Shown: positions 1 to 9,755, counted from the stretch's first letter. The stretch is DNA of 13,674 bases from Azolla caroliniana (GCA_043228905.1 JBHGNT010000935.1:1-13674); one strand, 5' to 3'. Made by a program: numbers and translations. Notes: generated by a model not told the origin, from the letters alone.

Positions 1-28
1 ACACGAGAATCATACCCGATTCTTTACA
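1..28 (+). repeat. 3' end (U5) of the 5' LTR of Copia A
   Basis: ACACGAGAATCATACCCGATTCTTTACA vs ACATAAGAATCATACCCGATTCTTTACA at 10166-10193. Ends in CA and is followed directly by the PBS. Confidence 0.93.
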
Positions 29-40
29 TGGTATCAGAGA
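29..40 (+). other. Primer binding site (tRNA-iMet type) of Copia A
   Basis: TGGTATCAGAGA matches the canonical plant TGGTATCAGAGC at 11/12 and lies immediately after the LTR-terminal CA. Confidence 0.92.
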
Positions 41-194
41 GATTTGGTAGCTTGATCTGGCCCACACGCCTCATCGTGATTGTGTGTTGTGCTCTACGTC
101 GTGTTCAAGAAGAACTGGCTCATCGCTATCGTAGTACCACTACATAACTTGTGTTCGAGAGAGAAGGAAAAGAAGAAAGGAAGCTTAATCGATA

Positions 195-663
195 ATGAAT
201 ACTCAAATGGGGAGCGCTCTCCCTAGCGAGAAGTTGGACTAAAACAACTTCGCATCTTGGGAGTACAAGATGCACCAATACCTTGTCGGCCAAGGCTATT
301 GGGTTACATCAAGGGAGCGCAAGAAAACCGACCCGACCCGGAAGACGCCGACTATGCAACGTGGGAGCAAGTGGCAAGCCGAGTGATGTATTGCTTGGCG
401 ACATGTGTTCACGACCACATGCTTGGCTACATTCGAGAAGTCGAGACGCCGAAGGAAGTGTGGGAGAATTTACGAAAGATTTTCGCCGCCAACACAACCG
501 CAAGAAAGCTTCAACTCCGCCAAGAGTTGAACAACATCCAACAATGGGATATGTCCATTACAAGTTACACCTTGAAGATCAAGGAGCTTTGCAGACGATG
601 ATGAGATGGTGCAAATATGCCTCGGCAGCCTTGCACCACGGTTCGGCATGATGAGGACCGCCG
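195..663 (+). pseudogene. gag: Copia A gag, N-terminal part (disrupted)
   Basis: ATG at 195 gives MNTQMGSALPSEKLD*NNFASWEYKMHQYLVGQGYW. After a frameshift near 301 it reads GYIKG...PKEVWENLRKIFAANTTARKLQLRQELNNIQQ...YTLKIKELC (UBN2/Retrotran_gag-like). After a second frameshift/deletion near 593 it reads DDDEMVQICLGSLAPRFGMMRTA, then element B interrupts. Confidence 0.88.
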
Positions 664-742
664 TGTTGGGGACAAGGTCGTCAGTGCGGAAGAACAAAAA
701 ACATCTATGATGTTGAAGGACCTGTGTATGAGAATGAACAAG

Positions 743-783
<41 letters not shown>

Positions 784-981
784 ATAGGCACAAAGAAACA
801 CTTTATTTCTTAATAGCAACAGTTACAAATGACAACCAACCTTTTACTAAAGGTTACAAAGTCACTTTATATAGTGACTATCCTAGGGCAACTGCCCTTT
901 ATGCTATTTACAAAAATAGCCCAAACTTGTGCTGTCCAAAGGGACAGTGTGAATACGGCCATTATACACTCGTATTCGACA
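664..981 (-). repeat. 3' LTR of Copia B (318 bp)
   Basis: TGTTGGGG...TATTCGACA. It matches 4831-5129 with about 8 substitutions by hand count plus a microsatellite difference. Confidence 0.95.
745..781. repeat. (AC)18 microsatellite inside the 3' LTR of B
   Basis: Read directly from the sequence. Confidence 0.97.
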
Positions 982-988
982 CTCCCAC
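982..988 (-). other. Short polypurine tract of Copia B
   Basis: Minus strand reads GTGGGAG immediately before the LTR start TGTCGAATACG. Confidence 0.7.
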
Positions 989-1124
989 GTAATGGGCGTA
1001 TACATGGGTTATCTTAAATTACAGGTATATACAAGGTTTATCGGACAGATCGGTTTTGTTCCAGTCGGCAAGATTTGAAGATAGAAGACCGAACCGGTCG
1101 GGTCGGAAAAGCTGAAGCCGATCC

Positions 1125-4100
1125 TCAAAGAACCGATGTCTGTTGTCTGAAACCATCTTGTGTTGTGTGTCCGACTTTATAACTGGATCGATTTTTCGTT
1201 ACGCCCATCTGGTGCCGAAGGGACTGGAAGCGATCCACTGAAAGACACTTGGTCATTCCATTTGCGACATTATCGGTTGTGGATATCTTCTCGAGACCGA
1301 TTTTCCCTGAAATGACACAGTCCCGAACAAAGTGACATCGAACGTTGATATGCTTGGAGGCATTGTGGTGAACCGGATTTTTTGACAAAGCAACAACACC
1401 GTGACTGTCGCTGTAGACAACTGGAGCCAAGTCGAGGTTGACTTCCTTTCAATTGCTCCATATAGATTTCCTCCTGTAGGTCACTGTGGAGGAATGCCAT
1501 TTTTACATGTAACTGAATCAGCTCCAAGTTGTCGGCGGCCACGATGCCGAGCATGAAATGAAGGGTTGTCATTTTCACCACACGTGAAAAGATTTCGTCG
1601 AAGTCAATGCCATATTCTTGTTGAAATCCCTTCGCAACTAATCTGGCCTTGTACTTTGGGTTGGTCGAGTTGAACATCTCTTTTAGTCAATGCACCCACT
1701 TACACAGAAGAGCATGTCGATTCTTCAGTAATTCGACCAAGTCCCAAGTCTTGTTTGCGCGAATGGAGTGCATTTACAACTCCATAGCCAGATGCCAGGT
1801 GGCTGAGTCGGTAGATGCTGATGCTTCTTCGTAAGACGTCGGTTCGCCGGCGTCGGTAAAGAAAATTCCGGGAGAGTACCTTTTCGGAGGTTGCGACAGT
1901 CTCTCGGATCTTCGAGGTATGACTGGACTGGTCGCATCGGGTATAGGTGTCGGATGGTCGGAAGCCGAGCCATTCGGCTGTTCTGAATCGGTAGATTCAG
2001 GACGAGAGGTGTCGGTTACCCGTGAAACCGATCTCGTGTTGTGGGTTGGGCCTTCATGAAGGGTTGGCATTTTGGAAAATATTACCCTTTGGACTTCAAT
2101 AGGCCTTTCGGCCATTTTATGCATAGCTGACTCGTTGAACACAATGTCTGAACTTCGGACGATTTGTCTGTGCTCGGGGTCCCAGAGTCGGTATCCAATC
2201 TCGCCGTCGGATCCATATCCAAGGAAAATGCATTTCCTTGATCTTGGTTTGAGTTTTCGGCGGTCGTCTATCTGTATGAGGGCATACGCCTCGCAACCGA
2301 AGATCCTCAGCTTGTCATAATTCAGCTTACTGTCGGTCCATGTTTCCTGAGGTATTTTAAGTCCTAGAGGTCTACTTGGCGACATATTTATTATGTGTAC
2401 TACCGTAAGTAGAGCCTCCATCCAGAAGCCATCCGACAGTCCGGAGTGTTGGAGCATGGATACTATGTGTTCTTGAATCGTCTGGTTCATGCATTAAGGA
2501 ATTCCGTTCTGCTCCAGACTATAGGGTGTCGTATATTCACATCGAATGCCGCATTCCCGGCAAAATTTGACGAATTCGTCAGACTTGAATTCTCCTCCAT
2601 TATCGGTTCGGAGACATTTTAGTTTCCGGTCGATCTGGTTTTCGACCATTGCAAGCCCTTTGGAGAAGATCAAGAACACCCGATCTTTGGTTCTAATGGG
2701 GTAAGCCCACACCTTCCAAGTCGAGTCGTCAATAAAACTGACAAAGTACGAAGCACCGCCGAGAGACTAATGTGGCATCGGGCCACAGATGTCCGAGTGG
2801 ACCAAATCAAGGGAACTCGATTCTCTTGGTGCTGATGTCGGGTGTGATGCAACTACCTGTTTGCCTCACTAGCAATGCTCGCAGAATAGGTGATCCGAGA
2901 AGGAGAGCTTGGGGATGTAACCGGCTCTAGATAGGTGCGTTATGTCGGCCTTGTTGAGGTGTCCAAGTCGTCCGTGCCATAACGATGACACGGGGATATC
3001 AACCAAAAATAAGTCACCCTCTTTGAGTGTGACATATAAAGGGTACAAAGAGTGTACCTTTGGTCCTCAAGCAAGCAGGAGGTTCCCTTTGTGGAGTGTC
3101 CACCCTCCTGATGAGAACCCGGCACGGATGTCAGCTTCGTCAAGTTGTCTGACTGAGATCAAGGGTCTTGAAACCTCAAGAACGTGTCGAACCTTGTGTA
3201 GTACGAGTGTAGAGCCATCCAGAAGTTTGAGCTCTACGGTGTCGATTCCGATTATGGTGTAGTGTTGCGAGTTCCTGACTCAAACTGAGTCGGAGTGCTG
3301 GTCCGAGTATTGCCGAAACTGAGATTGGTGAGGTGTCACATGATACGATGCACCCGAGTCCAGGAGCCATGTGCTCGATTCCTCAGTCATAAGCAGAACT
3401 TCTGATTCTACTGGTTTCTCTATGGACAGTATGTTCGGGTTGGTCGTCAAAATTTTGGTTGAAGAGCCGACGTAGTTGACCTCCTCATGCCAGATACTCT
3501 TCTGATCCGCTCTCTGAGCTTTTTCGGTTTTTGCTTTGAGTGCCCGGCAGTCGACTTTGATGTGTCCCATTTTCTTGCAGTAGTTGCAGATTCAGTTGTC
3601 TTGGGACTTGCTCCGGCTTTGCTGATTGTTCGGCGGTCGGGATGAACTTCTTCCCCAATTGTTCGATCGGTCGATCAAACCTTGTACTACGTAAGCTTCA
3701 TCTACCGAGTTTTTGGCGAAAGACTTTCTCCGAGCTGCTTCAGTTAGGATTGCGCTCGTGATTTTGGAGTACTTAATGGCAGTTGTTGAAGCATTGCACA
3801 CGGTTGTGACGAAAGTTTCCCAAGAAGAGGGGAGGCTACTCATGAGTATCATTGCTCTGAGTTCATCCTCTATTGCCATCCCTTGAGACGATATTTGGGA
3901 GCTTAGGCTTTCGTACTCGTTGAGGTGTGCCTGAACCAAATCAGATTCTTTCATCCACAAGTTGTAGAGGCACCGGATCAGATACATCTTCGTTGCGGCG
4001 ACCTTCTTTTCATAAGTTTCCGACAGTGTTTTCCAAAGTTCAAAAGTTGTCGAGCATTGTATGCTTCTGGAGGATTTTCATTCTCAATCGGGTCTATTTG

Positions 4101-4205
4101 ACCCTTGACTATGAGATAGTCCTGCATTTGTTCCTTCCAGAAGTTGAAGTTCGAACTGTCGAACCTCCTTAGACTCATCTCCGATGAGCCGGATGTTGAT
4201 GCCAT
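1125..4205 (-). pseudogene. Copia B gag-pol polyprotein, disrupted and missing most of RT and the RNase H N-terminus
   Basis: gag: FDSSNFNFWKEQMQDYL and LMSSLPSSWETFVT. Zinc knuckle: CNYCKKMGHIKVDC. Protease: WLLDSGASYHVT. GAG-pre-integrase: LWHGRLGHL. Integrase: LRTDNGGEF and YSLEQNG. RT N-terminus: YKARLVAKGFQQEYGIDFDEIFS...EEIYMEQ. RH C-terminus: KNPVHHNASKHINVRCHFVRD. Many stops and frameshifts. Confidence 0.92.
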
Positions 4206-4472
4206 CTGATTTGGTTTCGGTTGGTAAGACTCTGTTCGGAGTTGACTGGGAACCTTAGTTGGGTGCAGCCGGTCGACTCACCCGATATCGTTCTAGTCGG
4301 TCTTGAACCCGAGTCGGTTTGGTTTCGGATACTTGTTTGCTGAACCTTCTTGGAGTGACTCCAGTTAGCTTTCGATTGTATGCCAAATACCAATCACAAG
4401 AAACTAATTGTTTAGGCCGATTCTGCTTCAGATGACTACAACGATGAGAGGGACAGATCCAACTGATCCTCC

Positions 4473-4650
4473 CGAATGTCGATCAGCCGAATGAAGCACG
4501 AATTTGGTTGTTGCCTGGAGACCAATCTGCAGCGAGTGGTTACAACAAGCGGGTGAATAGCGTCCGGTGACCTATTCGAATGTTGTTTAACCAAATGAAG
4601 CACGATTGGGTCGGGTGTTGCACAAGGAGCTCACCTCAAGTGGTTACAAT
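4473..4650. repeat. Degenerate tandem duplication (104-bp period) in the 5' leader of B
   Basis: CGAATGT..AATGAAGCACGA at 4473-4501 and 4577-4605; AGTGGTTACAA at 4535-4545 and 4639-4649. Both pairs are offset by 104. Confidence 0.75.
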
Positions 4651-4816
4651 CATAGGAACAGAGTACAGCCGACTAGCTTACTCCAATTAGTGATTTAACA
4701 CAATGAGATGCAGATTTCTTGTTTGTCTTCTCTCTTCTCTGTTCTTCAAGAAAAACAGAAACAGAGTGTTGTGTGGTGTACTATGACAGCCGACAGCGGG
4801 TTGAAGAACCTCCAAC

Positions 4817-4828
4817 GCTCTGGTACCA
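4817..4828 (-). other. Primer binding site (tRNA-iMet type) of Copia B
   Basis: Minus strand TGGTACCAGAGC matches TGGTATCAGAGC at 11/12 and lies 2 nt after the LTR end. Confidence 0.9.
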
Positions 4829-4830
4829 AA

Positions 4831-5129
4831 TGTTGGGGACAAGGTCGTTAGTGTGTAAGAACAAAAAACATCTATGATGTTGAAGGACCTGTGTATGAGA
4901 ATGAACAAGATACACAGAGCGAGAGAGAGAGATAGGCACAAAGAAACATTTTATTTCTTAATAGCAACAGTTACAAATGACAACCAACCTTTTACTAAAG
5001 GTTACAAAGTCACTTTATATAGTGACTATCCTAGGGCAACTGCCCTTTATGCTATTTACAGAAATAGCCCAAACTTGGGTTGTCCAAAGGGACAGTGTGA
5101 ATACGGCCATTATACACTCGTATTCAACA
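4831..5129 (-). repeat. 5' LTR of Copia B (299 bp)
   Basis: TGTTGGGG...TATTCAACA. Direct repeat of 664-981 and adjacent to the PBS. Confidence 0.95.
5014..5021 (-). promoter_or_regulatory. Putative TATA box of the B LTR (also at 866-873)
   Basis: TATATAAA on the element's sense strand, about 110 nt from the U3 start. Confidence 0.65.
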
Positions 5130-5134
5130 CGTCA

Positions 5135-5826
5135 TACTAGCACGGGAGAATCCTCCCTCCTTCGATCTTCAATCCATGTTGTTGGTCGAAGAAAATCATG
5201 TTCGAACGAGGAGCAACACCTCGGAAGGCCACATGCTCTACACGCATTCAGACAGAGGAAGAGGATGTGGTCGTGCAAGAAGAGGCCGATTTGGCCAAGG
5301 ACGAGGCGGACGAGGCCCGACTTACGAAAACAACTCACAATTCCAGCATCAAGATGGAAGCCATCGAGGAACCTTCGGAAGAAGGGGGAGCTTCCATTCC
5401 GGTCCGAACCGACAAAGCTCGGTCAAATGCGGATATTGCGGAAAAATCGGTAACCACGAAGAAGAATGTCGTAAGAAGATACGCGAGTCAGCTTCCACTA
5501 GTCGACAACTCACCAACTACGCCATCAACTCCGACTATGACGATCACGACGGAATGTTCGTGATGAGACATAGAGAGAATTCTATGTCGGCCTCTACTTC
5601 TACTAGTGCCTCCGGTCCGGAAGACGTATGGTTCGTCGATTCCGGTGCCTCGAACCATATGACGTTACATCAAGAATCCAGTGCCTCGAACCATATGACA
5701 TTCCGAGAACTTCGAGAGCCAGACCGACCCGACTATGTCGAAACCGGAGACGACACTACGCACCCGATTCGGCACATCGACAATGTTCCGTTCGGAGAAG
5801 AAGGTAAACAAACTTATATTAAAAAT
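5135..5826 (+). pseudogene. Copia A gag C-terminus (RG-rich region, zinc knuckle) and aspartic protease
   Basis: DLQSMLLVEE..., RGRG-rich tract, CGYCGKIGNHEEEC (CCHC knuckle with Asn at the expected His position) and WFVDSGASNHMT. Interrupted at YIKN by solo LTR C. Confidence 0.92.
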
Positions 5827-5914
5827 TGTTGGTAGATAGGTCCCTCCGGATGGGAAGGGAGAAGAACAGTGCCGACGAACAAACTCGGCCGAGGCCGACA
5901 GGCCGAGGCCGAAA

Positions 5915-6068
5915 CGGTATGAACCGAATAGGGAGAACCTGACTTCGGAGAGTCGGATGGTGTAGGCCCGGTATGAACCGGATGAGGAGAACCCGACTTC
6001 GGAGAGTCGGATGGTGTAGGCCCGGTATGAACTGGATGAGGAGTACCCGATTGCGGAGAGCCGGATGG
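5915..6068. repeat. About 2.9 copies of a 54-bp tandem repeat in the U3 of solo LTR C
   Basis: CGGTATGAAC... units start at 5915, 5969 and 6023. They are preceded by 2 x 14-bp GGCCGAGGCCGA(C/A)A at 5887-5914. Confidence 0.92.
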
Positions 6069-6113
6069 AGCCCAGCGAGGCTACATTTGTAAATAGCCGA
6101 AAAGTCATATTTG

Positions 6114-6121
6114 TATAAATA
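6114..6121 (+). promoter_or_regulatory. Putative TATA box of solo LTR C
   Basis: TATAAATA downstream of the U3 tandem repeats. Confidence 0.65.
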
Positions 6122-6212
6122 TGACTTAGGGCAAACTTTTTAGTAACTGTTGTCATTCTTGTTGTTATTCTTTCTTGTTGGTGCAAGAAGAAATCAGAGC
6201 GCGCAACTGTAT

Positions 6213-6233
6213 AGAGAGAGAGAGAGAGAGAGA
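6213..6233. repeat. (AG)10 microsatellite in solo LTR C
   Basis: Read directly from the sequence. Confidence 0.95.
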
Positions 6234-6525
6234 CGAGGTCGTTGCCTCTGTTGTAACCGCCGCCTGTGGCGAAGATCTGAGAACACGAGGTCGTTGCCTC
6301 AGTGATCTCACTGTTGTATATTTCTGCATAGTGACAGTTTGCAGCTCGTGGGCTGTCGTGGTTTTTCCCCTATTTTGGGGTTTTCCACGTATACCTCCTG
6401 TGTATCATTTCTCCTCTTCTTCTCCTCTTTTGTGTCGCGTCTCATTACCTGTTTTCTATGTATGAAAAGAATCTCGGTTGTGGCCGAGCGTCAGACATAA
6501 GGAACGTCGAGTTCTCAACAAAAAT

Positions 6526-9500
6526 GTCTTGCATGTACCAACCATGACGAAGAATTTGGTCTCCGTCGGCCAAATTGTAGAGCAAGGAATGTAACTACGA
6601 TTTAATCAAGGCGGTTGCTTCATCGAAAAAGAGGGCCGACTCATCGCTCGTGGACGAAGAGAGGGCTGAATGTTCATTCTCGACTCACACGAGATGAAAT
6701 CGGCCATGTTCGCAAAGGGCATGAAAGCCGATTCCGACATAGAGTTATGACACAAGCGGATTGTCCATATCAACCTTCAAAAGCTTAAGGCGATGCAATC
6801 GAAAGGAGTCGTCATCGGACTCCCAACCTTCAAAGAGAGAGAGATTGAAGGTGTATGTGCGGCTTGCCAATTCGGCAAGCAACATCGGCACCCATTTCCG
6901 AAGGAGCAGAACGTGAGCAAAGGCAGCACCCATTTCCGAAGGAGCGGAACGTGAGCAAAGGCGTACTCAACGTAATTCATTCCGATGTATGGGGTACGGC
7001 TCAGATGACTACATTTGGCGGATGCCGATACTACGTGGCCTTCATTGACGACTTCTCCATGCACACCTGGATCTACCTCATGCAGCAAAAGAGCGAAGTG
7101 TTCAGACACTTCCAAAAATTTAAGAATGAAGTTGAGAAAGCCACGGGCCAACATGTACGATGTCTTCAGTTGGATGGAGGCAAGGAGTACTTCTCCAACG
7201 AATTTTCGGCGTTTCTACGAAAAGAAGGAATACGACAAAAGTTTTTGTGTCGATATACGCTACAACAAAACAGAGTAGCCGAACACAAGAATCGGCACAT
7301 CCTCGAAGTGGCACGGGCTATGGTTAATGAAAAGCACATGACGAAATCGTATTGGGCGGAAGCGGCTAACACAGTCATATACCTCATGAATCGGTGTACG
7401 ACATCCGGCATGCATGAACTCATGTTGCACGAGAAGTTTTTTGGAAAGAAGCCGGACCTATCACATGTTCGGATATTCGGTTCCATTGCATACGTGCACA
7501 TCCCCTATGAGAAGCGACAAAAGCTCGACCCGAAGTCGGAGAAATGTATCCTCGTAGGATACTCACTGGAGCAAAAGGGGTACAAGTGCTATAACCCCTC
7601 AACTTGAAAATCTTGAGTAAGTCGAGACGTTGTTTTCGACGAGTCCACATCTGGGTACGCACCAGAGACAACTTCGACTACGATTCCACTCAACCCAAAA
7701 TACGCCGAAATAGAGATAGAAGCCGAAGATCGGCTCACGCACATGTTCGAAGAAAGCCCAATTACGACAAGGCTTAGTGGGCCACAAGAGCCCCCGAGCG
7801 ATCAAAGCACATCTCGGCCGAGTCCGAAGCTGAACAAAGGGAAGGCAAAAATGCCGGAGAATGAAGACGATCACTTCGATGGAAACGAATCGACTCACTC
7901 CCTCGATAGTGAGTTCGAAGGCCTTGAGATCCGGACAAATGGAGTAGAGAAAGCCGTAGTATCCGGAAACGAGAAGCTCCGCCGATCCACCTGTGAAAAG
8001 AACCCCGTAAGCTGATTCGGCTACAACGATTATATGGCGTACCATTACGCCTTTATGATGAAGGTAGCAACAGTACGGGAGCCAGAAACCTTTTCCGAAG
8101 CCGCGAAAGAACCGCGATGGATCGAAGCAATGAACGAGGAGATGCATGCACTACGCAAGAACGAGACATGGGATCTCATTCCCCACTCACCGCACAAGAA
8201 GGCAGTTGGCTACAGATGGATCTACAAGGTGAAGTATAATGCCAACGGCTGCATCAACCGCTACAACGCTTGACTCATAGCGAAAGGATATGCACAAACA
8301 CTTGGAATCGACTATGAAGCGACCTTTGCCCCGGTGGCAAAGATGACGGCGGTACGAACCGTGATCGCACTTGCAGCGGCAAAAGGGTGGCACCTCCACC
8401 AAATGGACGTCAAGAATGCCTTTCTTCAAGGCGACTTAGAAGAGGAGGTGTACATGGTACAACCACTCGGCTTCAAATCGCGTACTCATCCGAAAGTCGT
8501 GTGCCGATTCAAGAAGCCACTCTACGGCCTCAAGCAAGCACCGCGTGCTTGGCATTCGAAGATTACGCAATATCTTCATCAAATCGGCTTTCGAATGTCA
8601 AAATCCAACAACTCCCTCTATGTACGACACAACTCTAGAAGCCTAATTGTCATCATCCTATACATGGATGATCTGGTCATTGGAGGTGAAAGTCTAGTTG
8701 ACATCAACAAGGTCAAGTCCCTCCTCTCCGGCATATTCGAGATGACGGACATGAAGGAGCTCCATTACTTCCTTGGCATCGAAGTAATTCGGATTCCGAC
8801 CGGCATTTTGATCTCTCAACGGCACTACATCCTCAACTTGTTATACAAGTTCAGGATTACTGAGTGCAATCGGTCGCTACGCCTCTTGATCGAAACCTCA
8901 AACTAGATGCTGACTCTAGCACAGACGAGTGCGAGTTGACCCAATATCGTCAACTGATCGGGAGCCTCATCTATCTCACAATCACTCGACCCGAACTTAG
9001 CTATCTAGTCGGACTCCTTAGCCAATTTATGCAAACTCCGCGAGATATCCATTTCGATTGCACTAAGTGAGTATTACGATACGTTAGCAGCACAATGGAT
9101 TACGGCGTTCTCTATGCATTGGCCCCACCAATACGACTCGAAGGGTACACAGACGCGGATTGGGCAAGTTACAAAGCTTATCAACGATCGACCTCCGGAT
9201 TTGTCTTCTCGCTCGGTAGTGGAGCAATATCTTGGAGTAGTAAGAAGCAGCCTACTATCGCACTTTTGAGTACAGAGGTCAAATACAGGGTTGCAGCCAT
9301 AGCTGCATGTGAAGCCGTATGGCTCAAGAGGATTTTGAAGGATCTGGGCGTCCCCATCAAGGATCCAACTCCCATTTACTGCGACAACATGAGCAGTATA
9401 TATCTGGCTCGGAACCCGGTGTTCCACGCGCGCACAAAGCACATCGAAGTGCACTATCACTTCATTCGAGAGCGCATGCAGGCCGGAGATGTCAACCTTC

Positions 9501-9667
9501 AACACGTCAACACGAATCTTCATACGGCTGACATCTTCACCAAAGCCTCAGGAGCCGACAAGCTTCGGCAATTCATGTCAAACCTTGGATTGACGATCCC
9601 GGACTTGCCAAGCTTGAGGGGAAGTACAAGCGAGAACCGGATACCATTCGAACCAGATACGAGCTAA
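6526..9667 (+). pseudogene. pol: Copia A pol: protease tail, GAG-pre-integrase, integrase, RT and RNase H (disrupted)
   Basis: L*HKRIVH...CAACQFGKQ; integrase DDE motifs VIHSDVWG, LDGGKEY and VAEHKNR; KLDPKSEKCILVGY; RT HQMDVKNAF and LYMDDL; RH GYTDADW and YCDNMSSIYLARNPVFHARTKHIEVHYHF. Ends at TAA 9665-9667. Several in-frame stops and frameshifts. Confidence 0.95.
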
Positions 9668-9746
9668 AGTGGACACCAGAGATTGTCCGAACCAGATACC
9701 AGCCGAAGCGGACATCAATCAAAAGAAACTGACCCAAGTTGAGCTT

Positions 9747-9755
9747 GAGGGGGCG
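9747..9755 (+). other. Polypurine tract of Copia A
   Basis: GAGGGGGCG immediately before the LTR start TGTTGAGAATC. Confidence 0.85.

Larger units (their letters stand above)
664..5129 (-). mobile_element. Ty1/Copia LTR retrotransposon 'B' (Tnt1/Tork-like motifs), internally deleted, inserted antisense into gag of A
   Basis: Direct-repeat LTRs at 664-981 and 4831-5129 with TG...CA ends. PBS on the minus strand at 4817-4828, PPT at 982-988, gag-PR-INT-RT-RH on the minus strand. Flanks are CGCCG (659-663) and CGTCA (5130-5134). Removing B restores A's frame MRTA|VLARENPP. Confidence 0.95.
5827..6520 (+). mobile_element. Solo LTR 'C' (694 bp) of a third LTR family, probably Copia
   Basis: TGTTG...CAACA termini and perfect 5-bp TSD AAAAT (5822-5826, 6521-6525). 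No PBS or internal domain. TATAAATA at 6114-6121. CGTGGTTTTTCCCC...GGGGTTTTCCACG (6357-6389) is a motif I recall from plant Copia U5 regions. Excision restores YIKN|VLHVPTMTKNLVSVGQ. Confidence 0.92.

Noticed and set aside
470-1017. CV-repeat ORFs and the MTTNLLLK ORF (repeated at 4977)
   Set aside because: These are translations of the (AC)n microsatellite and of LTR B sequence. They cross element boundaries.
5915-6068. 54-bp repeats with internal hairpins as a CRISPR-like array
   Set aside because: The units are contiguous with no unique spacers, there are no cas genes, and they lie inside a plant solo LTR.
5665-6465. ORFs 5665-6186 (-, 173 aa) and 6175-6465 (+, 96 aa) as extra or env-like genes
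   Set aside because: They are produced by the in-frame 54-bp repeat and the (AG)n tract. The first crosses the insertion boundary and the second lies wholly in LTR sequence. No recognisable domain.
7599-9523. Long antisense ORFs (7599-8147, 9074-9523) as an antisense gene of A
   Set aside because: Typical shadow frames opposite GC-rich pol codons, with no independent motif support.
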